A DNA stretch of 64,000 nucleotides from Candidatus Poribacteria bacterium (lineage in GTDB: Bacteria > Poribacteria > WGA-4E > WGA-3G): positions 224,001-288,000 of the forward strand of contig CBDBFU010000002.1 in NCBI GenBank assembly GCA_965205025.1. The letters are read 5' to 3'. Made by a program: the position numbers and the translations under genes. A model generated the notes under the pieces. It was not told the DNA's origin. It saw only the letters and a list, made by a program, of their open reading frames with translations, and did not search any database. Positions 1 through 10,007 of the stretch are shown piece by piece (position 1 is the first letter of the stretch; every line of letters starts with the position of its first letter).

Positions 1-563
1 ATACAGAATGGCAACGGAAAATGCCCGCTGAATTTGAAGCCACAGCAGAAGATGCAACGTATGCAACACTGACCTTCAAAAATGGGGCTGTTGGACAATA
101 TATAGAAGATCATGGAGCATGGGGACAAGGTAGTTGGATGAGAAAAATACACGGTTCTCAAGGTTCAATGGCTCTTCCAGGCGACAGGAGTGGTGGTGTC
201 ATATCATTACAAATTGATGGTCAAGGCACGGTAACCGAAGATGCTTTATTAGAATTGGTCCCTGATTTTCATCTTGATGCTGTCACAACCGATCTGTTCG
301 ATGGCAACCGTCTGTGGCGATATAACTTTCCTTTTCCTGATACTGACGCAAAGATCATTGCAATCGAATATGGAGATTTTGCTGAAGCAATTGCTGGTAA
401 TCGTCCTATTGAAGTGGACGCATACCAAGGCACTCGTTCCGTAGCAATCTCATACGCTATGCTTGAATCCGGTGTATCTGGAGAAATCGTTCATCTTGAT
501 AAGATGATTGATGAATCCATAAATACCTACCAACAAGATATAGATGCTGGATTGGGAATTTAA
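1..563 (+). CDS. Gfo/Idh/MocA-family oxidoreductase, C-terminal part (5' end outside window)
   Basis: AEDATYATLTFKNGAVG, IHGSQGSM and DFAEAI...YAMLES match the Gfo/Idh/MocA C-terminal domain; frame open from the window edge. Confidence 0.75.
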   Translation, partial: TEWQRKMPAEFEATAEDATYATLTFKNGAVGQYIEDHGAWGQGSWMRKIHGSQGSMALPGDRSGGVISLQIDGQGTVTEDALLELVPDFHLDAVTTDLFDGNRLWRYNFPFPDTDAKIIAIEYGDFAEAIAGNRPIEVDAYQGTRSVAISYAMLESGVSGEIVHLDKMIDESINTYQQDIDAGLGI

Positions 564-579
564 GCAGCTATATTACAAA

Positions 580-829
580 CTTATACCATTTCTAAAAATG
601 TTTATCCCATCAACATTTGTTATACATGGCTTGAAATACTGCACAAACTAAATGAAGATTAATTTTTAAATTCGGCAATTTTGAAGAAAGGTCCAGTGCG
701 GTTAGGAAACCGCACCTACCGGGTTTGGGAAAATTAGAATTACCGAAATATTTTCTTAATCTTCATACAGTTTGTGCTACATTAAAGAGATTCTATTAAT
801 GAGACTTTAATTACCAGAAATGGTATTAC
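580..829. mobile_element. MITE family A copy interrupted by a family B element
   Basis: Ends CTTATACCATTTCT / AGAAATGGTATTA; homologous to the uninterrupted copies at 44335-44453 and 13684-13802. Confidence 0.7.
652..766. mobile_element. MITE family B (TIR ATGAAGATTAA) carrying a GTAG-type REP
   Basis: ATGAAGATTAA...TTAATCTTCAT, inner IR TTCGG(C/T)AATT/AATTACCGAA, central GTGCGGTTAGGAAACCGCACCTAC; near-identical to 6982-7097. Confidence 0.75.
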
Positions 830-848
830 ACTGCTCATTACATATCAC

Positions 849-1910
849 ATGACAGACTTAAGAGACCCAGGTATCGGACTCATTGGCTTGGGGATAGGAC
901 AAACACACCTACTCGGATATGAACGTAAGGGTTTACGTGTTGAAGCAATTTGTGATAAAGATGAAGAACGCCTACACCATGCAGGTGATAGGTTTGACAT
1001 CCACAAACGTTATACCCGTATTGCTGATCTAATTGCAGATAATGACGTTGATATCCTGGACCTGGCAGTCCATCCTTGGATTCGTTCTCCGATTGTTAAT
1101 GCTGCAGCACAAACAGGAAAGCATATTTTCTGTCAAAAACCGTTTTCAATGACAATGCCACAGGCTGTTGAGATGGTAGAAATATGTGAGAAGAACAAAG
1201 TACAACTCATGGTAAACCAAAATTCCTGTTTTGTACCAGGATTTCTTGCTATTGAACCCTATATTAACACCGAACATCTTGGTGAAATTTACCATATTTC
1301 TATTACCTGCAACGGCTTCTTCACGACCTACCCCGGCAAGCATATCATCCCTGTAATGCAGGTACACCACATCAGTCTCGTCCAAAAATGGTTCGGTGAT
1401 TATGAAAGCGTTTACTGCCAAGCACATGGACACGACCGTTCCATTGAAGAGGGAGAGACCATTTCTGTAGCACTCTTCAAATCAAAAAGCGGTGTAAAAG
1501 GATTACTCTCATGTAATTGGGCATTTCTCGCAAATACCGGGCACAACCTTCAACATCCTCACGAGGAAATTCGGATTCAAGGCACAAAAGGTGCTATTTA
1601 TGGAAATAGTGCTGATATGACCGTTCATCTCACAGATCCAGAACAACGAGAAATCAAACCTGAGATTGATGGGACATGGTTCCCAGACGCATTCGGGAAC
1701 GCAATGGTCCACTTTATTGAATGTTTACAAGCAGGTGAAAAGCCAAGTACCGATGGACGTAGTAATTTACACATCATCCAAACTGTTTTCGCTATGCACC
1801 AATCCGCTTTGTCAGATAAGGTTATTTTGGTTGATGATATTTCCTTGGATGGTAATTACGATATAAGTCCATACCCCGTCCTTGCATCCGATGACACAAG
1901 TATATTATAA
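849..1910 (+). CDS. Gfo/Idh/MocA-family oxidoreductase
   Basis: GIGLIGLGIG Rossmann start, KHIFCQKP motif, C-terminal IQGTKG. Confidence 0.9.
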   Translation: MTDLRDPGIGLIGLGIGQTHLLGYERKGLRVEAICDKDEERLHHAGDRFDIHKRYTRIADLIADNDVDILDLAVHPWIRSPIVNAAAQTGKHIFCQKPFSMTMPQAVEMVEICEKNKVQLMVNQNSCFVPGFLAIEPYINTEHLGEIYHISITCNGFFTTYPGKHIIPVMQVHHISLVQKWFGDYESVYCQAHGHDRSIEEGETISVALFKSKSGVKGLLSCNWAFLANTGHNLQHPHEEIRIQGTKGAIYGNSADMTVHLTDPEQREIKPEIDGTWFPDAFGNAMVHFIECLQAGEKPSTDGRSNLHIIQTVFAMHQSALSDKVILVDDISLDGNYDISPYPVLASDDTSIL

Positions 1911-1973
1911 CGTGATTTTGATAAAACACATTGTGAAGCTAACTATTATATAAGACAAGAGTGCACAAACTTG

Positions 1974-2080
1974 ATGAAGATTAAAATAATAATTCGGTAA
2001 TGTGTTTAGAAATTCGGTTCGGTTAGGAAACCGAACCTACCGGGTTTAGGAAAATGAGAATTAAGGAATTTAAAAGATCT
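1974..2080. repeat. Degenerate family B MITE/REP copy
   Basis: ATGAAGATTAA...TTCGGTAAT...GTTCGGTTAGGAAACCGAACCTACCGGG; right end decayed. Confidence 0.6.
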
Positions 2081-2206
2081 GCAATAAAGTATTGATTAGT
2101 AAATGCAGATAGGTCAAAAGGCAAAGCCGTTACCTAATTACAGGTTTGACCTTACCTTTGCTAATCAAATTCTCATATTGTTTTTGGGTAGGAAAGAGAA
2201 AAGAAA

Positions 2207-2280
<74 letters not shown>

Positions 2281-2294
2281 GCATGATGTTGATA

Positions 2295-2380
2295 TGGTCG
2301 AGGAGGGACTTGAACCCTCACGCCTGTTTAGGGGCGATGGATTTTAAGTCCATTGTGTCTACCGATTCCACCACTCGACC
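2295..2380 (-). tRNA. tRNA-Leu (TAA)
   Basis: GGTCGAG/CTCGACC acceptor stem, ATGGA-CTTAAAA-TCCAT anticodon arm, long variable arm, GGTTCAAGTCC T arm. Confidence 0.93.
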
Positions 2381-2395
2381 AAAAGAACGATATAT

Positions 2396-2424
2396 AGTAT
2401 ACACCCTATCTTAGATATTGTCAA
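2396..2424 (-). promoter_or_regulatory. Sigma70 promoter of the tRNA pair
   Basis: TTGACA-N17-TATACT on the minus strand; a second TTGACA (2433-2438, +) faces the divergent gene. Confidence 0.75.
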
Positions 2425-2576
2425 CTTTTTTGTTGACATTAAATCATAATAACACACTATGACGTGTGCTATACACCTTACTGCTAAGCAGAGGATCCGA
2501 ATATGCCAAGGAAAGCACCTTGCACTCGTGTTCACGATACCAAAACGGGGCAGTTTCTTCGCAAAGGAAAGGATAT

Positions 2577-5500
2577 ATGTTTTATCGAGAAAAAATAAAT
2601 CAAATTGTTCGTCTAAACATCTTCCGCGCAATGTATATATGCATAATCTTGTTCAGTGCAACTGTTATCGGTGATAATCATGATGATTATCCAAGCCATA
2701 CAGAAGAAACTTTAGACTTCCATGTCCAAAGACCGCCAGAGGCTATATGGTATCATAGTTCGTGGTCACCGTCAAGAGATATTGCCGCGGATGTAGAACA
2801 TACGCATCCAGCACAAACACATTCGCATAAAAATTGGTGGGGAGATGAAGATGAAAATGGCGAGCCTACCGAAACTTTTCCTGAACATACGCATGCAGCT
2901 TATACCCATGGTCCACATAAAAAGACACACTATCGTCCGGGTGCATCAGGACATACACCCCATAATTCGGATGATTTACATTCCCATGACTATATAATAG
3001 ATTATGAAAAGACCCTCTCTCATGTGCATCCCAGTGATACTTCCCACATGGGAGGTAGAGCACATTCGCACCCGGGTTGGTGGCACACGCATGGTGATGG
3101 TGAAGAATTGCATGAGGATCATGAGGCTGACAGGGAACATACACATCCCCCAACAAGTATCCTAGGACCAATAAGGACAAGTGGTCATGCTTTGCCTTAT
3201 CGTAGTTATATAGGGTATAATGGCTACACTCATACACACCCTGATCCAGCATTCGAAGCACACAAAACAGAAAAACCGCCGCATACTGACCATACGAGTT
3301 ATGTAGTACATTCGCATAATGCGGTAACACACACGCATGACGATTTCTCTGGACATACACATGTGGAACACTCCCATTCACATGCTGACGACATCGCTAA
3401 GTTAGAGAACCATAAAACAGAACGCCTGTCACATACAGCACACACGAGTTTTGTACAACATACACATGCCGGACAGACACACTCACATGATGATTACCCA
3501 TCACATACACACAATGGGATAACACACACCCATCAGGCAGAGATAAACGAACTAAATCAGCATAAACAAACACCTGTCCCACATAGCAATCATAAGAGTT
3601 TCGTTGAGCATACACACAACGCACAAACACACTCACATGATGATTACCCATCACATACACACAATGGAATAACACACACGCATCAGGAAGAGATTAACGA
3701 ACTAAATCAGCATAAACAAACACCTGTCCCACATAGCAATCATAAGAGTTTTGTTGAGCATACGCACAATACACAAACACACTCGCATGACAGTTACCCT
3801 TCGCATACACATGCCGGAATAACACATACGCATCTACCAGAGATAAATGAGTTGGAGGCGCACCGTCAGCAGCGTCTTCCGCATAGTGAGCATACAGCGC
3901 CGGGTGAACACGAACATACGGCACAGCCACACCAACATGATGAATATCCATCGCATACACATGCCGGCTATACCCATACACACCCTACATCGCCAGAAGT
4001 GGTAGACGTTGAGGAATTAAATCAGCATGCGAATATACCTGTTGTGCATAGTGACCATAAGAGTTTTGTAGAACATACACACGATGGACAAACACACTCG
4101 CATGATGAGTATCCTTCACATACACATGCCGGAATAACACACACGCATAAGGCAGAGATTGACGAATTAAATCAGCATAAACAAACACCCGTCTCACATA
4201 GCGATCATAAGAGTTTTGTTGAGCATACACATGACGGACAGACACACTCACATGACGATTACCCATCGCATACACACAATGGGATAACACATACGCATCT
4301 AACAGAGATTGGCGAACTAAATCAGCACAAACAAACATCTGTTGTGCATAGTGACCATAAGAGTTTTGTTGAGCATACACATGACGGACAGACACATTCG
4401 CATGATGAGTATCCTTCACATACACATGCCGGAATAACACACACGCATCTGACAGAGATAAATGAGTTGGGGGCACACCGTCAGCAGCGTCTTCCCCATG
4501 TTGAGCATGCAGCGACAGGTGAACACGAACATACGGCACAGCCACACCAACATGATGCATATCCATCGCATACGCATGCCAGTTATACCCATACACACCC
4601 TATACAACCAGATGACACCGATACAGGTGAACAGAACACAGACACGCAAATCCCTCAGACAGGGGAGGACAATGGGCAACAACCAGAGTCTGAAGCAAAT
4701 TCTGAACCTGAACCAAATTATACTATAATTCCTTTTAATTATAAAAGGCAAGGTGTGGGTAAAGTTGTTTTTAGTGAACTTATGTTAGCACATCTTGATA
4801 AATATCCACAATGGATAGAACTCTATAATCCTACGGATCAAGACATTGATATGAATGGATGGAAAATTGTCGGTAGATATTTGGATGATTTAAATGCAGT
4901 AAACCTATTAGAATCTCAGATTATTTCAAGATCGTTTTCAGTGAAAGGTAAAGAAACAGGTTTAATAGTCAGTTTTGCAACGCCAAATTCCAGGGACAGA
5001 ATTTCCAGAGGTTTAGCAGATAAAGCTTACGCTTTAGGATCGAACAACAAGAATCTCTGGAATTATGAAGGACTCGTATTAGAATTGCAAGATGCTGAAG
5101 GGAATCCCATAGATCGCATTGGTAATCTGAACGAAGAAGACGAAATCTATTGGGAAATACCTTCGGTTGTTCGGGAGAAAAGAATATCTTTGATAAGAAG
5201 GCTTAAATCTATTCGGTCACAAGAATACAATTTTTCTTTCGGTGTGAAAGAATTCGGATGGTTTCCCGCTGAGAAAGTTGAACATTTGATTGAAAAAAGG
5301 ACTCAGTATTATTACGGTAGTTATACTGATATAGGTGCACCGGGTTATAGAACAGAAGATGGAGAAGTTTTACCTGTTACGCTCTCTTCGTTTAAGGCTC
5401 AGCGAAATAATAACAACCAGATTGTTCTCAGTTGGGTTACCGAGTCAGAATTAGATAATGCGGGATTCAATATCCTACGAAGCCAATCTAGGCAAGGTCC

Positions 5501-5732
5501 GTTTGTAAAGGTAAACCCGAATCTCATCCAAGGTGCAGGCACCACAGGTGAACGTAGTTCTTATACGTGGACTGATACAACCGCAAAATCGTATATTGAC
5601 TACTATTACCGTATAGAAGATGTGTCTTATGCCGGTGGGCATCAAACGCTTACGACAATGCGCTTGCGCGGATTGGTTTCTGCTAAAGGTAAACTGATAA
5701 ACCAGTGGGCATCTTTCAAAAAGGGGCAGTGA
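2577..5732 (+). CDS. Secreted His-rich repeat protein with lamin-tail-like domain and Poribacteria-type C-terminal domain
   Basis: AAGGAAAGGA RBS before ATG 2577, signal-peptide-like N-terminus, 50-aa His repeats, VVFSELM...PQWIELYN...DIDMNGW (LTD-like), LPVTLSSF...GFNILRS, terminal GKLINQW. Confidence 0.8.
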   Translation: MFYREKINQIVRLNIFRAMYICIILFSATVIGDNHDDYPSHTEETLDFHVQRPPEAIWYHSSWSPSRDIAADVEHTHPAQTHSHKNWWGDEDENGEPTETFPEHTHAAYTHGPHKKTHYRPGASGHTPHNSDDLHSHDYIIDYEKTLSHVHPSDTSHMGGRAHSHPGWWHTHGDGEELHEDHEADREHTHPPTSILGPIRTSGHALPYRSYIGYNGYTHTHPDPAFEAHKTEKPPHTDHTSYVVHSHNAVTHTHDDFSGHTHVEHSHSHADDIAKLENHKTERLSHTAHTSFVQHTHAGQTHSHDDYPSHTHNGITHTHQAEINELNQHKQTPVPHSNHKSFVEHTHNAQTHSHDDYPSHTHNGITHTHQEEINELNQHKQTPVPHSNHKSFVEHTHNTQTHSHDSYPSHTHAGITHTHLPEINELEAHRQQRLPHSEHTAPGEHEHTAQPHQHDEYPSHTHAGYTHTHPTSPEVVDVEELNQHANIPVVHSDHKSFVEHTHDGQTHSHDEYPSHTHAGITHTHKAEIDELNQHKQTPVSHSDHKSFVEHTHDGQTHSHDDYPSHTHNGITHTHLTEIGELNQHKQTSVVHSDHKSFVEHTHDGQTHSHDEYPSHTHAGITHTHLTEINELGAHRQQRLPHVEHAATGEHEHTAQPHQHDAYPSHTHASYTHTHPIQPDDTDTGEQNTDTQIPQTGEDNGQQPESEANSEPEPNYTIIPFNYKRQGVGKVVFSELMLAHLDKYPQWIELYNPTDQDIDMNGWKIVGRYLDDLNAVNLLESQIISRSFSVKGKETGLIVSFATPNSRDRISRGLADKAYALGSNNKNLWNYEGLVLELQDAEGNPIDRIGNLNEEDEIYWEIPSVVREKRISLIRRLKSIRSQEYNFSFGVKEFGWFPAEKVEHLIEKRTQYYYGSYTDIGAPGYRTEDGEVLPVTLSSFKAQRNNNNQIVLSWVTESELDNAGFNILRSQSRQGPFVKVNPNLIQGAGTTGERSSYTWTDTTAKSYIDYYYRIEDVSYAGGHQTLTTMRLRGLVSAKGKLINQWASFKKGQ
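3280..4600 (+). repeat. Intragenic tandem array of ~150-bp units with a 615-bp higher-order duplication
   Basis: ACATAGCAATCATAAGAGTT recurs at 3581 and 3731; AGATAAATGAGTTGG at 3841 and 4456. Confidence 0.9.
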
Positions 5733-5887
5733 CAGGATACGACCATATAATCTCTCTTAACTGAAGCACTCAACGACCTATCGGAGTAATTAAATCCATT
5801 TATGCCAAAAACTTTACACACCCCATCCTCATATTTCACTTGACTTTTTTCTCAAATTGACTAATATGCACAATAAAAAAGGAGTTT

Positions 5888-6685
5888 ATGGGACTACTCG
5901 GAACCCATTTTGTAGCAATGGAAAACATCAAACTTGCATCAGGTCATGAAATACCAATATTAGGCTTAGGAACATGGCAGCTCAAAGGTAAACAGTGTGA
6001 AAAAATAACTAAAGCTGCAATCGAAATGGGATATACCCATATTGATACGGCGTGGATGTATGAAAATCAACAAGAAATTGGAAATGCGCTACGTGAGATT
6101 CGTGTAGACCGTGAAGAACTCTTCATTACGACTAAGATTTGGCATACCCACCTCAAACATGATGAGGTATTATCCCAGTTTGATGTATGTATAAAAGATC
6201 TACAGATGGATTATGTTGATATGTTGCTGATCCATTGGCCAAGTGAGACTGTACCGTTTGAGGAGACATTTGCTGCTTTCCAAGAAATCTATGAGGCAGG
6301 AAAATTAAGAAGCATAGGTATAAGCAATTTTAGTATTGAGCAGGTTGATAAGGCTTGTGAGGTATCCGATCTTCCAATTTGTACGAATCAGGTTGAGTAT
6401 CACGTCCGCAATAACAAAGAGGACTTACGGAAACATTGTGATGAACGCAACATTCCTATAACTGCCCACAGACCACTTGCAGTAGGAAATCTCGCTGGAG
6501 ATGAAGAATTATCAGAAATTGGCAATAACCACGGAAAAACTGCTGCACAAGTAGCGCTGCGATGGTTGATACAAAAAGGTATTATCACAATTCCAAAATC
6601 GGGATCGGAACCACATTTACGTGAGAATTTAGAGATCTTTGATTGGCAGTTAACAGCAGCAGAAATGCAAACTCTCGAACAGTAG
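5888..6685 (+). CDS. Aldo/keto reductase
   Basis: LGLGTW, GYTHIDTA-Y, FITTK, LLIHWP, IGISNF, IPKS. Confidence 0.95.
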   Translation: MGLLGTHFVAMENIKLASGHEIPILGLGTWQLKGKQCEKITKAAIEMGYTHIDTAWMYENQQEIGNALREIRVDREELFITTKIWHTHLKHDEVLSQFDVCIKDLQMDYVDMLLIHWPSETVPFEETFAAFQEIYEAGKLRSIGISNFSIEQVDKACEVSDLPICTNQVEYHVRNNKEDLRKHCDERNIPITAHRPLAVGNLAGDEELSEIGNNHGKTAAQVALRWLIQKGIITIPKSGSEPHLRENLEIFDWQLTAAEMQTLEQ

Positions 6686-6782
6686 CAAACATACAATAAC
6701 GTGAGTTTGATAAATCAGATTTTTATGTTTGAATCAACGGTATGAATGCTATTTAGCATTCCCCGTGGTTAGGAAACCGCAC

Positions 6783-6952
6783 CATAGGCGTCAATTTAGT
6801 GCACATCCAAGAACGGTAGTTTCGGTTTCCTAACCGAAGCGGATTATACGGGAAGGCTTTCAATCCAAGGTTTGGCACAAATTTGGTGCGGTTGGGAAAC
6901 CGCACCTACCGGACTGGGATACAACATTTTTTCTCCTAAATTGACGCCTATG
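6783..6952. mobile_element. MITE family C with perfect 17-bp TIRs enclosing two opposed REPs
   Basis: CATAGGCGTCAATTTAG ... CTAAATTGACGCCTATG. Confidence 0.7.
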
Positions 6953-6981
6953 AATCAAGGAATCAACGGTATGAATGACAT

Positions 6982-7097
6982 ATGAAGATTAATTTTTAAA
7001 TTCGGTAATTTTAAAGATAAAATCCAGTGCGGTTAGGAAACCGCACCTACCGGGTTTGGGAAAATTAGAATTACCGAAATATTTAGTTAATCTTCAT
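6982..7097. mobile_element. MITE family B copy
   Basis: ATGAAGATTAA...TTAATCTTCAT, near-identical to 652-766. Confidence 0.75.
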
Positions 7098-7261
7098 TAG
7101 TCATTCACCGGGTATGAACGCTATTTAGCATTCCCCGTGGTTAGGAAACCGCACCTACCGAGTCTATAGGAGTGATTTTTTAAAAGAAATGAAGTTTTCT
7201 TGCCTATTATCAAACTCACGTTACAATAACTTTGTGAAAAGGAAGGAAATACTATAAACGA

Positions 7262-8545
7262 ATGAAATTTGGTCTGTTTTATGAACACCAAATTCCCCGT
7301 CCTTGGAACGACGGGGCAGAACACAAACTTTTCCAAGACGCTTTAGAACAGGTAGAACTTGCTGATAAACTCGGTTTTGACTATATCTGGGAGGTAGAAC
7401 ACCATTTTCTTGAGGAGTATTCACACTCCTCAGCTCCTGAAGTTTTTCTCGCTGCATGTAGCCAACGTACTGAACAAATACGTTTAGGACACGGTATTGT
7501 CCTCATGCCACCAGCCTATAATCATCCTGCCCGCGTAGCGGAACGTATAGCAACCCTTGATTTGGTATCAAACGGACGCGTAGAATGGGGTACAGGTGAA
7601 TCCGCTTCGCATATGGAACTTGGAGGATTCAACGTTGACCCAAGATGCAAACGCGAAATGTGGGAAGAATGCACGCGAGAAACCGCTAAGATGATGACAC
7701 AGTCCCCTTATGCCGGATACGACGGCAAACATTTCTCAATGCCCCCACGTAATGTCGTCCCTAAACCTCTCCAAACACCTCATCCACCACCCTGGGTAGC
7801 CTGTTCCAGTCGAGACAGTCTTCGATTTGCCGCTAAACACGGGTTAGGGGCTTTAACATTCGCCTTTGTTGATGCTACCGAGGCTCAGTTCTGGGTAGAG
7901 GAATATTATGATATATTTGAAAGCGAATGTACCCCACTCACACAAAGGGTAAATCCAAATATCGCTATGGTATCAGGATTTTCGTGCCATGCCAATGAAC
8001 AGGTCGCAATTGAACGTGGTTTAGAAGGTTTTCGCTTCTTCAGATTCGCTCTCGCACACTACTACTATAACGGTTCACAAATCCCAGGTGAAACTGATAT
8101 TTGGCAGCTTTTCAAACAATCTGAACAAGATTCTGGTGGAGAACGTGCGGGAATTGGAACGCCTGACCAAGTGCGTGAACATTTAGAGATTATGGAAGAA
8201 GCGGGTGTTGATCAAGTCGTATTTATTCAACAGGCTGGAATGAATCAACATGAAGACATTTGCGAGGCATTAGAACTCTTCGCTGACAAAGTATTGCCAG
8301 ACTTCAAAGCACGGGATACTAAACACCAGAAAACTAAGAATGAACGTCTCGCAGAAGCGATAGAAACTGCAGAAACACACAAACCCGAATTAACCTCTCT
8401 AAGTGAAACCCCACTTGTAGATTCTTACCCCATACTCAAGAAAAAACTTGAGGAAAAAACAGAAGAAGTAGACGAACCTGAAATGAGTGAAGATGGAAAG
8501 AAGTTTCTAAGTTCAATTGAGGGTGGCCCCCGACAGAATTCGTAA
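7262..8545 (+). CDS. Luciferase-like (LLM class) flavin-dependent monooxygenase
   Basis: MKFGLF, GFDYIWEVEHHF, HPARVAERIATLDLVSNGR, PKPLQTPHPP. Confidence 0.93.
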   Translation: MKFGLFYEHQIPRPWNDGAEHKLFQDALEQVELADKLGFDYIWEVEHHFLEEYSHSSAPEVFLAACSQRTEQIRLGHGIVLMPPAYNHPARVAERIATLDLVSNGRVEWGTGESASHMELGGFNVDPRCKREMWEECTRETAKMMTQSPYAGYDGKHFSMPPRNVVPKPLQTPHPPPWVACSSRDSLRFAAKHGLGALTFAFVDATEAQFWVEEYYDIFESECTPLTQRVNPNIAMVSGFSCHANEQVAIERGLEGFRFFRFALAHYYYNGSQIPGETDIWQLFKQSEQDSGGERAGIGTPDQVREHLEIMEEAGVDQVVFIQQAGMNQHEDICEALELFADKVLPDFKARDTKHQKTKNERLAEAIETAETHKPELTSLSETPLVDSYPILKKKLEEKTEEVDEPEMSEDGKKFLSSIEGGPRQNS

Positions 8546-8570
8546 AGATAACGGGTGAAGGACTGACAAC

Positions 8571-10007
8571 ATGAAAAATGTATTAGTAATTGACGACGAT
8601 GAGAAAATCTGTTGGGCATTTACACAGTTCCTTGAGAGTGAAAACTATAATCCTACTATTGCAAACAGTGCTGAAGAGGGGTTACGTCGTATCGAATCTG
8701 ATAAACCAGATGTAGTTTTACTTGATGTCAACCTACCGGGTATGAGTGGGTTAGAGGCTTTATCAGAAATAAAAACACACCACCCATGGGTAATTGTGGT
8801 TATAATTACTGCTTATGATGACGTGGAAACCACAATTGAGGCAATGCGTCTGCATGCATTCGATTTTGTCCCGAAACCAATTGATTTAGATGTTGTAAAA
8901 AGCGTCCTTGAACGTGCATTTCGTACCCAGTCTGTCCGTAGTACTTTACCCGATGAGACTGATGAGTCTACTGAACAAAGAGGACACAGACTCGTAGGCA
9001 AAAGTGAACAGATGCGAGAGATTTACAAACTCATCGGTGTAATGGCAAGCAATACAACTACTGTATTAATTGAAGGAGAAACAGGAACAGGAAAAGATCT
9101 TGTTGCACGCGCAATCCATGCGGGTAGTGAACGGAAAGATATGCCATTCATCCCTGTTGACTGTGGAGCTCTGCCCGATGAATTATTGGAAAGTGAATTA
9201 TTTGGGTACGAAGCGGGGGCATTTACGGGTGCTAAGACTCAAGGAAAACCGGGACGTTTTGAATTAGCAAATGGTGGCACTATTTTTCTTGATGAAGTAG
9301 CTAATATGACTCCTGCACTTCAGGTTAAGTTGCTCCGTACATTGCAAACACAAGAAATCGAAAGGTTAGGTGGAACGAAGACCCTAAATGTAGATGTCCG
9401 TGTAATCGCTGCAACTAATCAAGAACTCAACGAAATGGTTAAACTTGGTGAATTCAGGGCTGATCTTTACTACCGATTCAAACGTATCTCGCTACACCTG
9501 CCACCACTCAGAGAACGCCAAGAAGATATCCCTTTGCTTGTCACTCACTTTTTACAACTGATCCAATCCGAACTTGGTAAACCGATACGTGGTATTTCTG
9601 AAGAAGGTATGAACCTAATTCAAAATTATAACTGGCCCGGTAATGTACGTGAGTTAGAAAATTGTCTTAGAAGTGCTGCGACTTTATCCCGTTCAGATGT
9701 AATTCTTCCAGATGATCTCCCCGACGAAATACACACTCCTCAAGACATTAATACCTCTGATAACACACAGTTAGAAACATCTCTAAAATCCATTTTACGT
9801 GGTGTTACAAAAACTGCTATAACTGAAGGTAGTAAACAATTATACGATGACGTTGTAAGTCTAATGGATAAAGCATTGATTGAGCTGGCATTAGCTGAAT
9901 GCTCTGATAATCATAGTAAGACAGCTGAATTACTCGGTATTAGTCGGACAACCCTTATAAAGAAACTGAAACAGCAAAATAAAAGTGACGGAGATAAAGC
10001 GATATGA
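8571..10007 (+). CDS. Sigma54-dependent response regulator (NtrC/Fis family)
   Basis: Receiver ([15 protein letters not shown]), AAA+ GETGTGK and ESELFG..GAFTGA, C-terminal Fis HTH. Confidence 0.95.
   Translation: MKNVLVIDDDEKICWAFTQFLESENYNPTIANSAEEGLRRIESDKPDVVLLDVNLPGMSGLEALSEIKTHHPWVIVVIITAYDDVETTIEAMRLHAFDFVPKPIDLDVVKSVLERAFRTQSVRSTLPDETDESTEQRGHRLVGKSEQMREIYKLIGVMASNTTTVLIEGETGTGKDLVARAIHAGSERKDMPFIPVDCGALPDELLESELFGYEAGAFTGAKTQGKPGRFELANGGTIFLDEVANMTPALQVKLLRTLQTQEIERLGGTKTLNVDVRVIAATNQELNEMVKLGEFRADLYYRFKRISLHLPPLRERQEDIPLLVTHFLQLIQSELGKPIRGISEEGMNLIQNYNWPGNVRELENCLRSAATLSRSDVILPDDLPDEIHTPQDINTSDNTQLETSLKSILRGVTKTAITEGSKQLYDDVVSLMDKALIELALAECSDNHSKTAELLGISRTTLIKKLKQQNKSDGDKAI

Larger units (their letters stand above)
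6696..7165. repeat. Composite cluster of REPs and MITEs
   Basis: About five GTAG-type palindromes; ~44-bp direct repeat at 6739/7111; MITE C 6783-6952 and MITE B 6982-7097. Confidence 0.75.

Noticed and set aside
2866-4751. Antisense and alternate-frame ORFs over the His-rich repeats
   Set aside because: Shadow ORFs caused by repeat codon bias
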